64,000 bases of DNA, taken from assembly GCA_038889075.1 (NCBI GenBank), contig JAWAHS010000006.1, forward strand, positions 1 to 64,000, written 5' to 3'. Below, piece by piece: positions 22,182 through 33,191 of this stretch. The stretch comes from Ignisphaera sp. (lineage in GTDB: Archaea; Thermoproteota; Thermoprotei_A; Sulfolobales; Ignisphaeraceae). Under the pieces are notes generated by a model. That model did not search any database. It saw nothing but the letters and a program-made list of their open reading frames with translations, and was not told the DNA's origin. A program made the position numbers and the translations under genes. Every line of letters starts with the position of its first letter. Within the stretch, counting starts at the first letter, position 1.

Positions 22182-22235
22182 TTGATGAAGCTTCACCCCC
22201 CTGATCGATAAATGATGTGATTCCCTTATCTGATG
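22181..22235 (+). ncRNA. box C/D sRNA
   Basis: C ttgatga 22182, D' ctga 22201, C' atgatgt 22212, D ctga 22230. Confidence 0.8.
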
Positions 22236-22239
22236 TCCT

Positions 22240-23229
22240 CTAGTATATCGTTATCTTCCTTCCAAATCCTCTTCTCTCAGCTTCTTCATAAACATACCAT
22301 GCTGTTATAACATCTTGTATAGCTAGACCAGTCGAATCAAATACTGTTATCTCATTATCGGATACTCTTCCAGGTTTTATACCAGCTACTATCTCTCCCA
22401 ATTCACCATATATTTCATTTGGTTTGAGAATACCCCTAGTTATGGGAACATTAACCTCACCACTGTGGAGAGCTTGCTCCATATCATCAACTACAATCTT
22501 AGCTCTCTTAAGTATCATAGGGTCCAGCTCTTCTTTACCAGGAGCATCGGCACCCATAGCATTTATATGCATCCCCTCAGAAATCCATTCATTTTTTACA
22601 ATCGGCTCTCTTGAAGGCGTTAACGTTACAAGTATATCTGTGTCTCTAACAACATCACTACACTTCTCAGCAATAGTAGTAGTGATGCTGTAGTTAAGCT
22701 CTGTATCCTTTGCAAGTTTCTCAGCTCTACTTCTATTAATATCAAATATCTTAATACTTTCAATTTTTACCACATTGTACAGTGCTTCTATATTGAATGG
22801 AGCAATAAATCCTGCACCAATAATACCAACAGTCCTAGAGTCTTTTCTAGCGAGATACTTTGTAGCAACAGCTGCTGCAGCACCTGTTCTAATACCTGTA
22901 ATCAGTGTACCGTCCATTAAACACACTGGTCTTCCTGTTTTGGGGTCTACAAGAACTATTATAGCCATAACGGTGGGCAGGCCATATTTGACTGGATTAT
23001 TTGGATGTGAATTGACGATTTTAACGCCTGCTATATCTAGGTATGGAAAATATGCAGGCATAGTACGTAAATCACCATCATATTTATTAAAGAATAGATA
23101 GGTTTTTGCAGGCATTTGAACTCTTCCTAAACCCTTCTCCATAAATGCTCTTTCAACCAATTCTATAGCATTACTCATTTTTAATAATACTTTTACATCT
23201 GAGGAGTCCAGTATTCTTATTTCAATCAT
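22240..23229 (-). CDS. alanine dehydrogenase / ornithine cyclodeaminase (mu-crystallin family)
   Basis: GDLRTMPAY, RTGAAAAVA, GADAPGKEE and FDSTGLAIQD. Confidence 0.88.
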   Translation of the reverse strand: MIEIRILDSSDVKVLLKMSNAIELVERAFMEKGLGRVQMPAKTYLFFNKYDGDLRTMPAYFPYLDIAGVKIVNSHPNNPVKYGLPTVMAIIVLVDPKTGRPVCLMDGTLITGIRTGAAAAVATKYLARKDSRTVGIIGAGFIAPFNIEALYNVVKIESIKIFDINRSRAEKLAKDTELNYSITTTIAEKCSDVVRDTDILVTLTPSREPIVKNEWISEGMHINAMGADAPGKEELDPMILKRAKIVVDDMEQALHSGEVNVPITRGILKPNEIYGELGEIVAGIKPGRVSDNEITVFDSTGLAIQDVITAWYVYEEAERRGFGRKITIY

Positions 23230-23503
23230 TTGTACCGCCGTAGATTAATAAGGTGAATAAGGTATAAATTTATTCTGTTCTAAATGAACATTTATACAAA
23301 CCCAGAATATACCTATAGCTAAAACTAAAGTGGTATCGCTAGGAATACAGCAGTTTATATATAGAGGATCTAGGCGCATACAGGGGTTTATAGTGGGAGT
23401 TGTTAGTTACAGCACCTTTCCTTCCATACTTTATCACCAAGTTCTTTAACCATTCATTAAGCATGAAATTGAGATCCTGGTGTAGCTGTTTTCGTTTAAT
23501 TAG

Positions 23504-23899
23504 TTATAGGCGTGTGTATTTAAGGCACCTCCCTATATCTTCTGTGGAAATTGCTACATGAAGTAGCATCAGCACAAGCATAGTTTTATTTAGCGTAAAT
23601 ATGTAAAGTAGCAGCATAACTAGTGTAAGCATCTGTGGAAATAGTGCTGTTATAATATACTTTCTCTTGCTATCTACATTGACAACGAAGCCTATATACA
23701 ATCCTTTTACAACAAATCTATGTTCAATTCTAAACATATTTATAGCTATTAGGTGTAGCATTTCATGTAAGACTCCTATCAATAGAAGCAATGTGAGTAT
23801 AGTTATATAGGTTAAGCTACCCACGTCTAAGAAACTTGATAGCATCCAAGATACTGTGAAACCCAGTAGTACGTAGGCAGCAGCCTTTAGTTTTACCAA
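23504..23899 (-). CDS. small membrane protein with HEXXH (DUF3267-like zincin)
   Basis: Hydrophobic helices; LHEMLH; ALFP. Confidence 0.6.
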   Translation of the reverse strand: MVKLKAAAYVLLGFTVSWMLSSFLDVGSLTYITILTLLLLIGVLHEMLHLIAINMFRIEHRFVVKGLYIGFVVNVDSKRKYIITALFPQMLTLVMLLLYIFTLNKTMLVLMLLHVAISTEDIGRCLKYTRL

Positions 23900-24093
23900 C
23901 CTCCCACCCTATATCTATACAAAAATAGAGAAATCTAGATAATATAACTAAGCATTAAAAAGAGTAGGTGAACATAACATTCAGTGTTACTATAAGACCG
24001 AAAGTATCCCTATAAAACTTTTGGGAGGGTATCTGTAACGATAGTAAGTGTGTATAGAATGTCTAAGGTAAACCTCTTAAATAAATGGTAATA

Positions 24094-24627
24094 CTACCAT
24101 GGAACGCTCTTCAATTTCAATAAATATGCAATGCAGTTGGTTACAACATGTAGTACTAAGGTTATCATGAGTATATATGTCCACTCAATGATGCTCAACT
24201 CTATATAGTTAAAAAACTGGGTTGTAGCTATGGCTATAATTATGAAGAGTAGCTGATCTAGAATGGGTAAAGGATTTCCGGGCTCTATACCTAGTCTACG
24301 CTTTATAAATGCACCTATAAGATCCCCCATTAGAGCTCCAAAGCTGAGTGTAAACCCTCTATATAAATAGATTTCATTTCTAATTAACATATACTGTATG
24401 TAACCTGTTAAAATTCCCATTAAAAGACCTATAGATAGCCCTTCCCAGCTTTTGCTATCACCAAAAACCCTTTTACCGTCAAATAGGTGTTTGCCGAAAT
24501 CGATGGGATGTTTCCTTAGATTCAGCATACTTAAAATCTTTGCTACTATTACTGGCGTTCCATTTGCTATATAAGCGGGTAGTACGATCCATACCAGATT
24601 TAGCACAGTATCGAGGTCCATATACAT
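24094..24627 (-). CDS. carS: CDP-archaeol synthase (start re-assigned)
   Basis: PAYIANG.P, HPIDFG, GDSKSWEG, GDLIGAFIKRR and LDQL. Confidence 0.92.
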   Translation of the reverse strand: MYMDLDTVLNLVWIVLPAYIANGTPVIVAKILSMLNLRKHPIDFGKHLFDGKRVFGDSKSWEGLSIGLLMGILTGYIQYMLIRNEIYLYRGFTLSFGALMGDLIGAFIKRRLGIEPGNPLPILDQLLFIIIAIATTQFFNYIELSIIEWTYILMITLVLHVVTNCIAYLLKLKSVPW

Positions 24628-24705
24628 CCCGATACTTTGAGACAGCGCACCAAAATATTTTTTAAAGGTACTAATAACGCTAATACAGATTTGAGGTGGA
24701 TATAG

Positions 24706-25260
24706 GTGGATATAAGGCGCATTGAAATCAGATGGCATGGCCGTGGTGGACAGGGAGCTGTAACAGCGTCAATTATGCTTGCTGAAGCTGCAATATACCA
24801 AGGTAAATACGCTCAAGCTTATCCTGAATTCGGGGCTGAGAGGAGAGGTGCACCTGTAAGAGCATATACACGGATTTCTGAGGAGCCTATATACTCACGG
24901 ACCCCCATACTTAATCCTGATGTAGTAGTAGTTCTTGATCCTAGTCTCGATAAAAGTCTATATATGGAGGGTCTTAAGAGTAGTAGTATAGTTATAATCA
25001 ATAGTAGCAAAAGTTTGGACAGTATTAGGAAGGAGTTGGGAAGTGGTGTAAAGATAGCCAGAATCGATGCGACTAAAATAGCCCTTGAAATTCTTAAAGC
25101 ACCCTTTGTAAACATGGCTATGCTTGGAGCTGTAGTAAAGGTTGTACCTATAGTTGACATGAAATATATTGAGGAAGCTATAAAAGAGAGTTTTAGACCG
25201 AGAATTGCAGAAGCAAATATACAAGCTATGAAGAGAGCTTTTGAGGAGGTGGAATTTTAG
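24706..25260 (+). CDS. porG: 2-oxoacid (pyruvate):ferredoxin oxidoreductase gamma subunit
   Basis: GRGGQGAVTA and PEFGAERRGAP. Confidence 0.92.
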   Translation: MDIRRIEIRWHGRGGQGAVTASIMLAEAAIYQGKYAQAYPEFGAERRGAPVRAYTRISEEPIYSRTPILNPDVVVVLDPSLDKSLYMEGLKSSSIVIINSSKSLDSIRKELGSGVKIARIDATKIALEILKAPFVNMAMLGAVVKVVPIVDMKYIEEAIKESFRPRIAEANIQAMKRAFEEVEF

Positions 25261-25584
25261 ATGAGCAGTAAACGTCTCTTAGGATGGAAGTCACTGCCAT
25301 TAGGAGGAAGTATAGTCGAGCCTGGCAATAGTAGTCAAAGACCTACTGGTGATTGGAGGGTCTTTAAACCAGTTATAAATCAAGAGAAATGTATACGCTG
25401 CCTTTTATGCTGGATATACTGTCCAGAACCATCGATACACATAATCGATAGACCATACAAAACGTCTACGGGGAGAGAATGGAAGTTTAGCGTTGAAGTA
25501 GACTACAACTTCTGTAAAGGCTGTGGAATTTGTGTTGAAGAATGTCCTGTAAAGGCTATAGACTTTATTGAAGAGGTGAAGTAG
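25261..25584 (+). CDS. porD: 2-oxoacid:ferredoxin oxidoreductase delta subunit
   Basis: TGDWR; two CxxCxxCxxxCP motifs. Confidence 0.92.
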   Translation: MSSKRLLGWKSLPLGGSIVEPGNSSQRPTGDWRVFKPVINQEKCIRCLLCWIYCPEPSIHIIDRPYKTSTGREWKFSVEVDYNFCKGCGICVEECPVKAIDFIEEVK

Positions 25585-26778
25585 ATGGAGAGCGAGCTAT
25601 GGAAGAGAATGCCACTCAATTCAAATTATGCTGCTGCATATGGTGCTAAAGACTCTGATGTAGATGTTGTTGCAGCATATCCAATAACGCCACAAACTCC
25701 TGTTGTTGAAAAAATTGCTGAGTTTATAGCTAATGGTGAGCTGGATGCTGAAATGATACATGTGGAAAGCGAACACTCTGCCATGAGTGCCTGCATAGGT
25801 GCAGCTGCTACTGGGGCAAGAACATTTACAGCTACATCAGCACAGGGCTTAGAGCTTATGCATGAACTTCTACACATAGCATCTGGATTGAGATTGCCAA
25901 TAGTTATGTCTATAGCGAGTAGAGCTCTATCTGCTCCCTTAAGCATATGGGGAGACTATAGTGATGTTATAAATGTTCGAGATACATCATGGATAATATT
26001 AATGACATCGACAGCTCAAGAGGTTTATGATAGCATTATACAGGCCTATAAAATAGCCGAAAATCCTGATGTTCTATTACCAGTTATTGTAGCCTATGAC
26101 GGATTTATGATGAGCCATACATATGAGCCCGTCTATGTTGCTAGTAATCCAGAAATATTTAGAGACTATATACCAAAGAAGATATCTTGGACAACATTAA
26201 ATGTTGAAAAGCCTATTACAATGGGTGCTGTAGCGAACCCAGATTGGTACTACGAATTTAAATACCAACAGGTTGTAGCTATGAAGAAATCCTATGAAAT
26301 AGTTAAAGATGCTGCTAAAGAATTTGGAAAACGGTATGGGAGGTTTTATGATACCATAGAGACCTACAATTATGGTAATAACAAAATAGGTATTCTAACT
26401 TATGGCGGACTATTTGGTACAGTTATGGAAGCTATTGACCGTATGAATAAGCAGGGAATGCAGATTGCAGGAATAAAGCTACGCTTGTTTAGACCATTTC
26501 CATCGCAAGACATTAAGAGGATTCTAGAAGATTTGAAAGTATTGATCGTAATTGATAGAGCTATAAGCTATGGAGCTCCAATAGAGGGTTCTGTAGCTAT
26601 GGAACTCTCAGCATTAACATATAGAGAATCTCTTGATATACCCATATATAGCTATATTGCAAGTATAGGCCAGAGGACAACTACAGAGGAAGACATTATG
26701 GGCATAGTTAAAGATGCTATTAATTTATTTGAGAGGGGTAAAAGAGTTACCGAATCTATTTATTGGGGTGTGAGATAG
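25585..26778 (+). CDS. porA: 2-oxoacid:ferredoxin oxidoreductase alpha subunit
   Basis: YPITPQT, ESEHSA and ATSAQGL. Confidence 0.93.
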   Translation: MESELWKRMPLNSNYAAAYGAKDSDVDVVAAYPITPQTPVVEKIAEFIANGELDAEMIHVESEHSAMSACIGAAATGARTFTATSAQGLELMHELLHIASGLRLPIVMSIASRALSAPLSIWGDYSDVINVRDTSWIILMTSTAQEVYDSIIQAYKIAENPDVLLPVIVAYDGFMMSHTYEPVYVASNPEIFRDYIPKKISWTTLNVEKPITMGAVANPDWYYEFKYQQVVAMKKSYEIVKDAAKEFGKRYGRFYDTIETYNYGNNKIGILTYGGLFGTVMEAIDRMNKQGMQIAGIKLRLFRPFPSQDIKRILEDLKVLIVIDRAISYGAPIEGSVAMELSALTYRESLDIPIYSYIASIGQRTTTEEDIMGIVKDAINLFERGKRVTESIYWGVR

Positions 26779-27731
26779 TGAGCAGACCTATATATTATAG
26801 AACCGTATTCGATATACCAAAAGAGGAACTATTAGCCCCAGGGCATGGTCTTTGTGGTGGATGTATCGCAGGGACTATAATTAAGCTACTGCTAAAGGTG
26901 GCAGGTCCCAATACCATAGTCGTTAATGCTACAGGCTGTGTAGAAGTTTCAACAACAACATTCCCCTATACATCATGGAGAGTACCGTACATTCACGTAG
27001 CATTTGAAAATGCTGCAGCCGTTGCAAGTGGTATTGAAGCTGCTATAAAGATTCTCCAGAAAAAGAATATTATCGACCCAAGTAGGAAAATAAATATAAT
27101 TGCGATAGGCGGTGATGGAGCTACCGCAGATATAGGATTCCAAGCCCTTAGTGGAATGCTTGAGAGAGGCCATAGGGTAATGTATCTACTTTACGACAAT
27201 GAAGCCTATATGAATACGGGTATACAGAGAAGCGGTACAACACCTCTACTCGCCTGGACAACTACAACACCTGTTGGAAAGGTTCTTAAAGGCAAGGTTC
27301 AGATGAAGAAACCTGTATCAGAGATAGTGGCTGCACATAGGATACCATATGTAGCTACAGCAAATCCAGCGTACTTCCTCGATATGATGAATAAATTTAA
27401 GAGAAGTCTGAATGTTGATGGCCCTTCATTTATACACGTTATCCAGCCGTGTACCACCGGATGGAGATTTGATCCGAGGATAGGGATAAAAGTAGCTAGA
27501 CTTGCAACAGAAACCGCTATGTGGATTAACTGGGAGCTTGATAATGGAGAATTTAGAGTAACCGTAACAGTTCCTAAGAGGAAGCATGTCAAGCACTACA
27601 TAAGAATTCAAGGCAGATTCAACCACTTAACCGATGACGATATAGAAGCTTTACAGAAATACATTGATAAGGAGGTTGATAGAGTAAACAAACTTGTTGG
27701 TAAGGAAGTCATAGGACCTGTAGTTGAGTGA
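26778..27731 (+). CDS. porB: 2-oxoacid:ferredoxin oxidoreductase beta subunit (GTG start inferred)
   Basis: GHGLCGGC, GGDG and DNEAYMNTGIQRS. Confidence 0.93.
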   Translation: MSRPIYYRTVFDIPKEELLAPGHGLCGGCIAGTIIKLLLKVAGPNTIVVNATGCVEVSTTTFPYTSWRVPYIHVAFENAAAVASGIEAAIKILQKKNIIDPSRKINIIAIGGDGATADIGFQALSGMLERGHRVMYLLYDNEAYMNTGIQRSGTTPLLAWTTTTPVGKVLKGKVQMKKPVSEIVAAHRIPYVATANPAYFLDMMNKFKRSLNVDGPSFIHVIQPCTTGWRFDPRIGIKVARLATETAMWINWELDNGEFRVTVTVPKRKHVKHYIRIQGRFNHLTDDDIEALQKYIDKEVDRVNKLVGKEVIGPVVE

Positions 27732-30035
27732 CTAAGCCATCGTTTCCAATTCTACTATTTTTTCTCCTATAATAGACCTTCCACCTACTTTATTTACATA
27801 GAATACCTTATCAGCGAGATCGGTAACATCAGTATCATGGGTAACCACAATTACTTGCGGTACTTTCTCTGATAACCGCTTTATAATCTCAAAAAGTGTT
27901 CTCCTACGAGTTGAATCCAAGAACTGTGTAGGTTCATCTAGTATGAAGAATCCTGGAAGCTTGCCAAATACTGTATAGGCTGTAGCTATCCTTAATGCTA
28001 TTGCTAGAGCAACCATTTCTCCCCCACTGAGACTCCTTACATCAAGTTCTCCATTACCACTCTTAACCTCTATATTAAAATCCTCATCTATATCTACATT
28101 AAAATCGAGCCCCAATTCACTTAGTATCCTATTTGTATAAATTTGGATAAGTCTTCTCGCTTCCCTGGTTAGAATCTTCGCTAATAATCCATCCCTTCCA
28201 AGGAATCTATTTACCAATACATCTACAGCTCTATATATCTCAACCGATTTTTTCAACTCTCTAACCCTCTCATCAATATACTTCAATTTATTCTCGATTT
28301 CTATCCTATGTTTAGTGTAGGCATCTATTTCACCATTAAGTTTAGAGAGTATTTGTGAAAGATTGTTGTATTCACTATTTAGTTCACGATATTTCAATTC
28401 GATATCGTTGTAATTCATTTTATCGGGATCTACGCCAAGTTGTAGAAGTTCATTCTTAATGATATTGAATTCTTCAACAATTTTATTTAAATCTACTTCC
28501 CCACCTATATAGAGTCTTCTAATGAAGTTGATCTTTTCATTATAAAGGTTTGTAATTTCAATTGCTTTTCTCTGTAAACATTGTACTAATTTTACTGTCG
28601 AACTTCCATATTCCGTGAAGCACTCTTTGAATTCTTCAATATTTATAATTTCCTTAATTATTGATTGAATTTTCTGCTGCATATCACTATATTTCAATAC
28701 AGCCTTATTTATTTGATCTCCAAGTTCCGCAATTTTTGATAATAGTTCTGCCCTAATCCTATCATACTTCTTCACATCATTAAGTATCTTTCTCAAAACT
28801 ATCTCAATTTCATCCATGTGGTATATAGAGTTCTTTAACTCCTCTATGTGCTTTGTAATTCCATTAATTAACTCGGTTTTCAATTCCTCAGTTAGCTCCC
28901 TTTTGCATAGAGGACACACAGTACTGCTCTTCAGTATATCAATAGAATTTTCATTAAATGAAACTTCAGCAGCCATGGTGTGTTTGATTCTCCTAACTTC
29001 ATCTAGATATCGCTCAATAGCCTCCACTACTTCACCATCTTTATCCCATTTAAATTCCATGTTTGAAATATTCTTAACTTCCTCAATTAATTCCTTAATT
29101 CTATTATTAATATCGTATAGCTGTTTATTTAGTTCATCAATTCTCCTCTTAGCATCATTGTATATCTCAAGCGTGGATGCCAGCTCTCCTAAGTTAATTC
29201 TGCTTAACCTATTGCAGTAATCTAGCAGTTTTCCCAATTTATTCAATTCTACAACAATTTCTTTAACAATTTTCAATTCATTATACCTATACAGTAGATC
29301 TTTAATTCTCTCAATAAGTTTAAGTCTATCAGAGAGCATCTGAACCTTTTCGCTAAGTTCATCTCTTTCACTAATCTTTTTACTAATTATCTTATCCACC
29401 TCTAGCAGTTGCTTCTTCATATCATCACCTTGTTTACTCAATTCCTCAAATAGCCTAATATCACCCTCAATCTTCTTTAGATTCTCCTTCAGCAGCTCCT
29501 TAGCCTTCTCAATTTCATCTAAACCGAGTAATCTTAGTACCATTTCTCTCCTGCTACTAGACGTTTCCTCAATAAATGATGTAAGCTCATTTTGCCTAGA
29601 TACAATTGTATATCTTATGGACTCGAGTGACGGTATACCTAAGATTTCCTTAACAAACTCTAGCACTCTAGACACACTTGAAGCTAGCACCCTTTTCTTA
29701 TCACCCTCAACTTCAATTAATACAGCAGATTCTGATTTTGTTGAGCTTAAGATCCTCTGGATAATATATGATTTCCCACCCACATTAAGCTCAACCTCAA
29801 TTAGACCATCGCTTGCTCCTATTCTTAATAGGCTTCTCCTCCCACCACCTCTAAAACTTCTTGCAGATTGTGGATTGAAGAGAAGGGCATATACTATCGA
29901 ATCTATTATAGAGCTTTTGCCTGCACCATTTGGCCCTATGAGGGCTGTTAATCCAAGTGGGAATTGTATTTCTGTACTCTCATGTGATAGAATATTCTTT
30001 ATTTTAACCCTTTTAACAATAATCATATTGCTCAT
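27732..30035 (-). CDS. rad50: Rad50 ATPase
   Basis: GPNGAGKSS, CPLC zinc hook, LSGGE and LDEPT. Confidence 0.93.
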   Translation of the reverse strand: MSNMIIVKRVKIKNILSHESTEIQFPLGLTALIGPNGAGKSSIIDSIVYALLFNPQSARSFRGGGRRSLLRIGASDGLIEVELNVGGKSYIIQRILSSTKSESAVLIEVEGDKKRVLASSVSRVLEFVKEILGIPSLESIRYTIVSRQNELTSFIEETSSSRREMVLRLLGLDEIEKAKELLKENLKKIEGDIRLFEELSKQGDDMKKQLLEVDKIISKKISERDELSEKVQMLSDRLKLIERIKDLLYRYNELKIVKEIVVELNKLGKLLDYCNRLSRINLGELASTLEIYNDAKRRIDELNKQLYDINNRIKELIEEVKNISNMEFKWDKDGEVVEAIERYLDEVRRIKHTMAAEVSFNENSIDILKSSTVCPLCKRELTEELKTELINGITKHIEELKNSIYHMDEIEIVLRKILNDVKKYDRIRAELLSKIAELGDQINKAVLKYSDMQQKIQSIIKEIINIEEFKECFTEYGSSTVKLVQCLQRKAIEITNLYNEKINFIRRLYIGGEVDLNKIVEEFNIIKNELLQLGVDPDKMNYNDIELKYRELNSEYNNLSQILSKLNGEIDAYTKHRIEIENKLKYIDERVRELKKSVEIYRAVDVLVNRFLGRDGLLAKILTREARRLIQIYTNRILSELGLDFNVDIDEDFNIEVKSGNGELDVRSLSGGEMVALAIALRIATAYTVFGKLPGFFILDEPTQFLDSTRRRTLFEIIKRLSEKVPQVIVVTHDTDVTDLADKVFYVNKVGGRSIIGEKIVELETMA

Positions 30036-31291
30036 CTATTTTCACCAGCAAATGATAATAGTGATGCCCTTCTGTTTACCGAATCTTTTCTATCCCTATT
30101 TCTAACCGAATCCACCATATTGTTATTTGAATCTCGATATTGAGCTGAACTGTAAGTAGAGCTCATCTCTAGAGCTTTTACAGCTTCCACATTATTTTTC
30201 AAAAACTGTATAATTTCATCTGCTATCTGTCTCGTTGGCTCTTTCACGTATCTCGATATCAATAATGCTAAATTTTCATGCTTAATGATATTCTGTATGA
30301 TTTTGTCTAGGTCTATGTATTCATACACATCATCCATCTTAACCGTACTACCCTCTAGAATACCACCTTCATCGGCTACCTTAATCCTATAATATTCTAT
30401 TACTCCCTTATTAATCATCTCATTAAGAATCCTTGTAATAACTTCCACCCCTATCTTTAATAGCTCTACAGAAACTATAGGTCTCTTACTACTGTCTATT
30501 CGATGAACTATTTCAGAAAGCTCTTTAACGCATAGAGATGCATCAGCACACCTTACTCTCACCCACGGTCTGACACTCTTAAGCTTAAGAAAATTAACTA
30601 TGGGCTCCTTCGGACCTAGATCAACAAGAGCTACATACTTATCACAACACTCGTTTTCTCTATGAATTTCGGTCGCACCTGGATATATGGCTGGCGCACC
30701 ATCCACATGTCTAAGCTCTGTCTTCACATGGTAATCTCCTAATGCAATGTATGTGAAACCTTTTGGAATATGATTAAGTGATATATCTGCTTCTTCACTA
30801 GGTATACCAAGTTCTCTTAGAAGAAGGTGTGCTATAAGTATGTTCCTATTACCTTCTTTAGAAACAGCCATCTTAGATATGAGACTCCTTAATCCATAGG
30901 GTACAGCATAGATTGAGACTACCAATGAAGGATATTCGAATGTTTTATTAGATACAGAATTTATAGCGAGCACGTCTATTACTCCTAGATCTTGGAGTAA
31001 ATATAGTGGTGATATGGCATGCCTTCTAGGAATATCATGCTGCCCTGAGATGACAACCGTTCTTATCCCTGACTCTTTAAGCTTTTTCAATTCTCGGTAA
31101 GCTATTATATACGATTCTGGAGGTGGATTCGGGCTATCAAAAAAATCGCCCGCATGTAGATATATGGAAACTCTCTCCTTTAAAGCAATATCAACGGTTT
31201 CCTTAAACGCCTCATAGACATCCCTAGCTCTGGAAACAAGACCGTAGGGCATTGCACCAAGATGGGTATCACTTACATGAAGTATAAGCAT
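30032..31291 (-). CDS. mre11: Mre11 nuclease
   Basis: SDTHLG, AGDFFD and GQHD; lies between herA and rad50. Confidence 0.88.
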   Translation of the reverse strand: MLILHVSDTHLGAMPYGLVSRARDVYEAFKETVDIALKERVSIYLHAGDFFDSPNPPPESYIIAYRELKKLKESGIRTVVISGQHDIPRRHAISPLYLLQDLGVIDVLAINSVSNKTFEYPSLVVSIYAVPYGLRSLISKMAVSKEGNRNILIAHLLLRELGIPSEEADISLNHIPKGFTYIALGDYHVKTELRHVDGAPAIYPGATEIHRENECCDKYVALVDLGPKEPIVNFLKLKSVRPWVRVRCADASLCVKELSEIVHRIDSSKRPIVSVELLKIGVEVITRILNEMINKGVIEYYRIKVADEGGILEGSTVKMDDVYEYIDLDKIIQNIIKHENLALLISRYVKEPTRQIADEIIQFLKNNVEAVKALEMSSTYSSAQYRDSNNNMVDSVRNRDRKDSVNRRASLLSFAGENR

Positions 31292-31337
31292 ACAGTATCC
31301 CTCAAATCCTCCTCTATCACCTAAGTAATTAGTGGGA

Positions 31338-33062
31338 TTAGCTCTGTAGCAAATCCTTTAATTCACTATATGCATCTGTATCGATTCTCGTCACGATACT
31401 CGATACATCCTTTCTATACTTAGAAGCTCTCCAGATGGATGCTATGTCCAATGAGGAACCCATATGCTTTCCCAAGTGCCTTTCTATCTTAACATAGGCT
31501 GGGAATCTACCAATCCATTCACCTAAAATCAAAGCTTCCCCAACATTCATTGATGAAAGTGAACGTGCCAAATCTTCGGTAAGCATATCAGATATATTCA
31601 TAATTGCTAGTTGATCACTCTCCTGGATAAGCTTCATAAATATGAAGTTCTGTATTTGGCTAAGAGTATTTGGATCTATATTCCTTGGTCTCTGTGAGAC
31701 TATAGCTAGCGATAAACCGAATTTCCTCCCCTCCCTAGCAACTCTCTCTATAGAGGTTTTTGAAATGGTTGCCCTATTTACATTGAGGAATAGGTGTGCT
31801 TCTTCAATAAAGATAAGAATGGGATTTGGGGCATTCTCTATCATTCTACCTCTTACGTATCTTAGAAGTTCATCTAGTATTATCTTGAGGCTGTAATCCC
31901 TCTGATCGTCATTTAGCATCGATGCATTAACTATAATTATAGATGAAGGTGCTGCCAACTCTATGGGGTGTGGCGTATTAAAGCTTACAGCTGCGTATTC
32001 AAAGAATTCATCAACCTTACTACACGCCTTTGCTACAGCTTCGCTATTACTATCCCTAGAACTCTTTATAAGAACCTTTACGTATTCCTTTAAAAGCCAC
32101 GCTAGCCTATCGTTGATATCCATATCTTCCTCATCATCTACCATATAACCTCTAAAATCATATTGTAGAGAAGGACACTTATCTCTATCCCGAAGCAGTT
32201 TCCCAACTTCGGAAGTACTTGGATTACTAAGGATTTTAACCGCCTCCTCTGATATACCATACATCTTCACCACCGACTCAAATAGCAGCTTTGCACAACC
32301 AAGTGCTCTCATTGTCAATGCTCTCTGAATCGTTGCGGCGGCCTCAGGTATTATCATTCTAGCTAAAGTTCTTGGATGTATTTTAAGAGGATTCAGCTTA
32401 TAGTCTATAACATGTATATACACATCGCTATACATACTCCTCAATGATGAGTACTCCCCATGGACATCGAATATGATGACTGTTCCTCCTAATGATGCTA
32501 TTTTATCTGCCAGTAAAGCAACTGTATTGCTTTTTCCCGAACCTGTTGTACCTGTTATAAATAGATGCTTTGTTAGTGCATTAACATCTACATATATTTC
32601 TACATCACTTCTACTGGTCAGATGCCCTATCTTTATCGAACTATCACTTCTTCTACTGAACATTTTAGATAACACAGATGGTGGTGCGAGAAAGACGTGA
32701 CTATCTGGAGGTGGTGGTACAGAGGCAACCTCAATACCATTTTCATACACATCGGCTATTATTCTAGCCACTGATGGCGAATACCTCAGAAGTTCATCAT
32801 CTATACCGATAGTTTGCATCGATGTAGCGGTAATCGTAGGACTTGTCGGGATGAGTTTCCTATATCCAGTACGACTAACGACTCCAACTAGACAGTGCTT
32901 CTTTACACTACCATTTAGAACATTAAGAGACTCAAAGGGTATTGTTATATATGTTCCAAGCGGTATTGGTCTTCTTGAAATAATTTCAACGTAGATTGGA
33001 GTGGATTCGGAGCCTACACGACCCACTATAATATCAGAGCTGCAATCCATAGCCATCAGCAT
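31338..33062 (-). CDS. herA: HerA DNA translocase
   Basis: HAS-barrel-like N-terminus, GTTGSGKS, DVHGEY, EEAH, REGRKFG and SQRP. Confidence 0.92.
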   Translation of the reverse strand: MLMAMDCSSDIIVGRVGSESTPIYVEIISRRPIPLGTYITIPFESLNVLNGSVKKHCLVGVVSRTGYRKLIPTSPTITATSMQTIGIDDELLRYSPSVARIIADVYENGIEVASVPPPPDSHVFLAPPSVLSKMFSRRSDSSIKIGHLTSRSDVEIYVDVNALTKHLFITGTTGSGKSNTVALLADKIASLGGTVIIFDVHGEYSSLRSMYSDVYIHVIDYKLNPLKIHPRTLARMIIPEAAATIQRALTMRALGCAKLLFESVVKMYGISEEAVKILSNPSTSEVGKLLRDRDKCPSLQYDFRGYMVDDEEDMDINDRLAWLLKEYVKVLIKSSRDSNSEAVAKACSKVDEFFEYAAVSFNTPHPIELAAPSSIIIVNASMLNDDQRDYSLKIILDELLRYVRGRMIENAPNPILIFIEEAHLFLNVNRATISKTSIERVAREGRKFGLSLAIVSQRPRNIDPNTLSQIQNFIFMKLIQESDQLAIMNISDMLTEDLARSLSSMNVGEALILGEWIGRFPAYVKIERHLGKHMGSSLDIASIWRASKYRKDVSSIVTRIDTDAYSELKDLLQS

Positions 33063-33191
33063 ATGCTTACAGTACCGTAATGTATCTTAAGATATGCTTA
33101 GGGCAAATATAAACTGTGCTATATGTTCAACTTCAACAATACACGGCTCTATGAAAATCGGTGTTGATGTGTATTTTTGACTATCATATAA

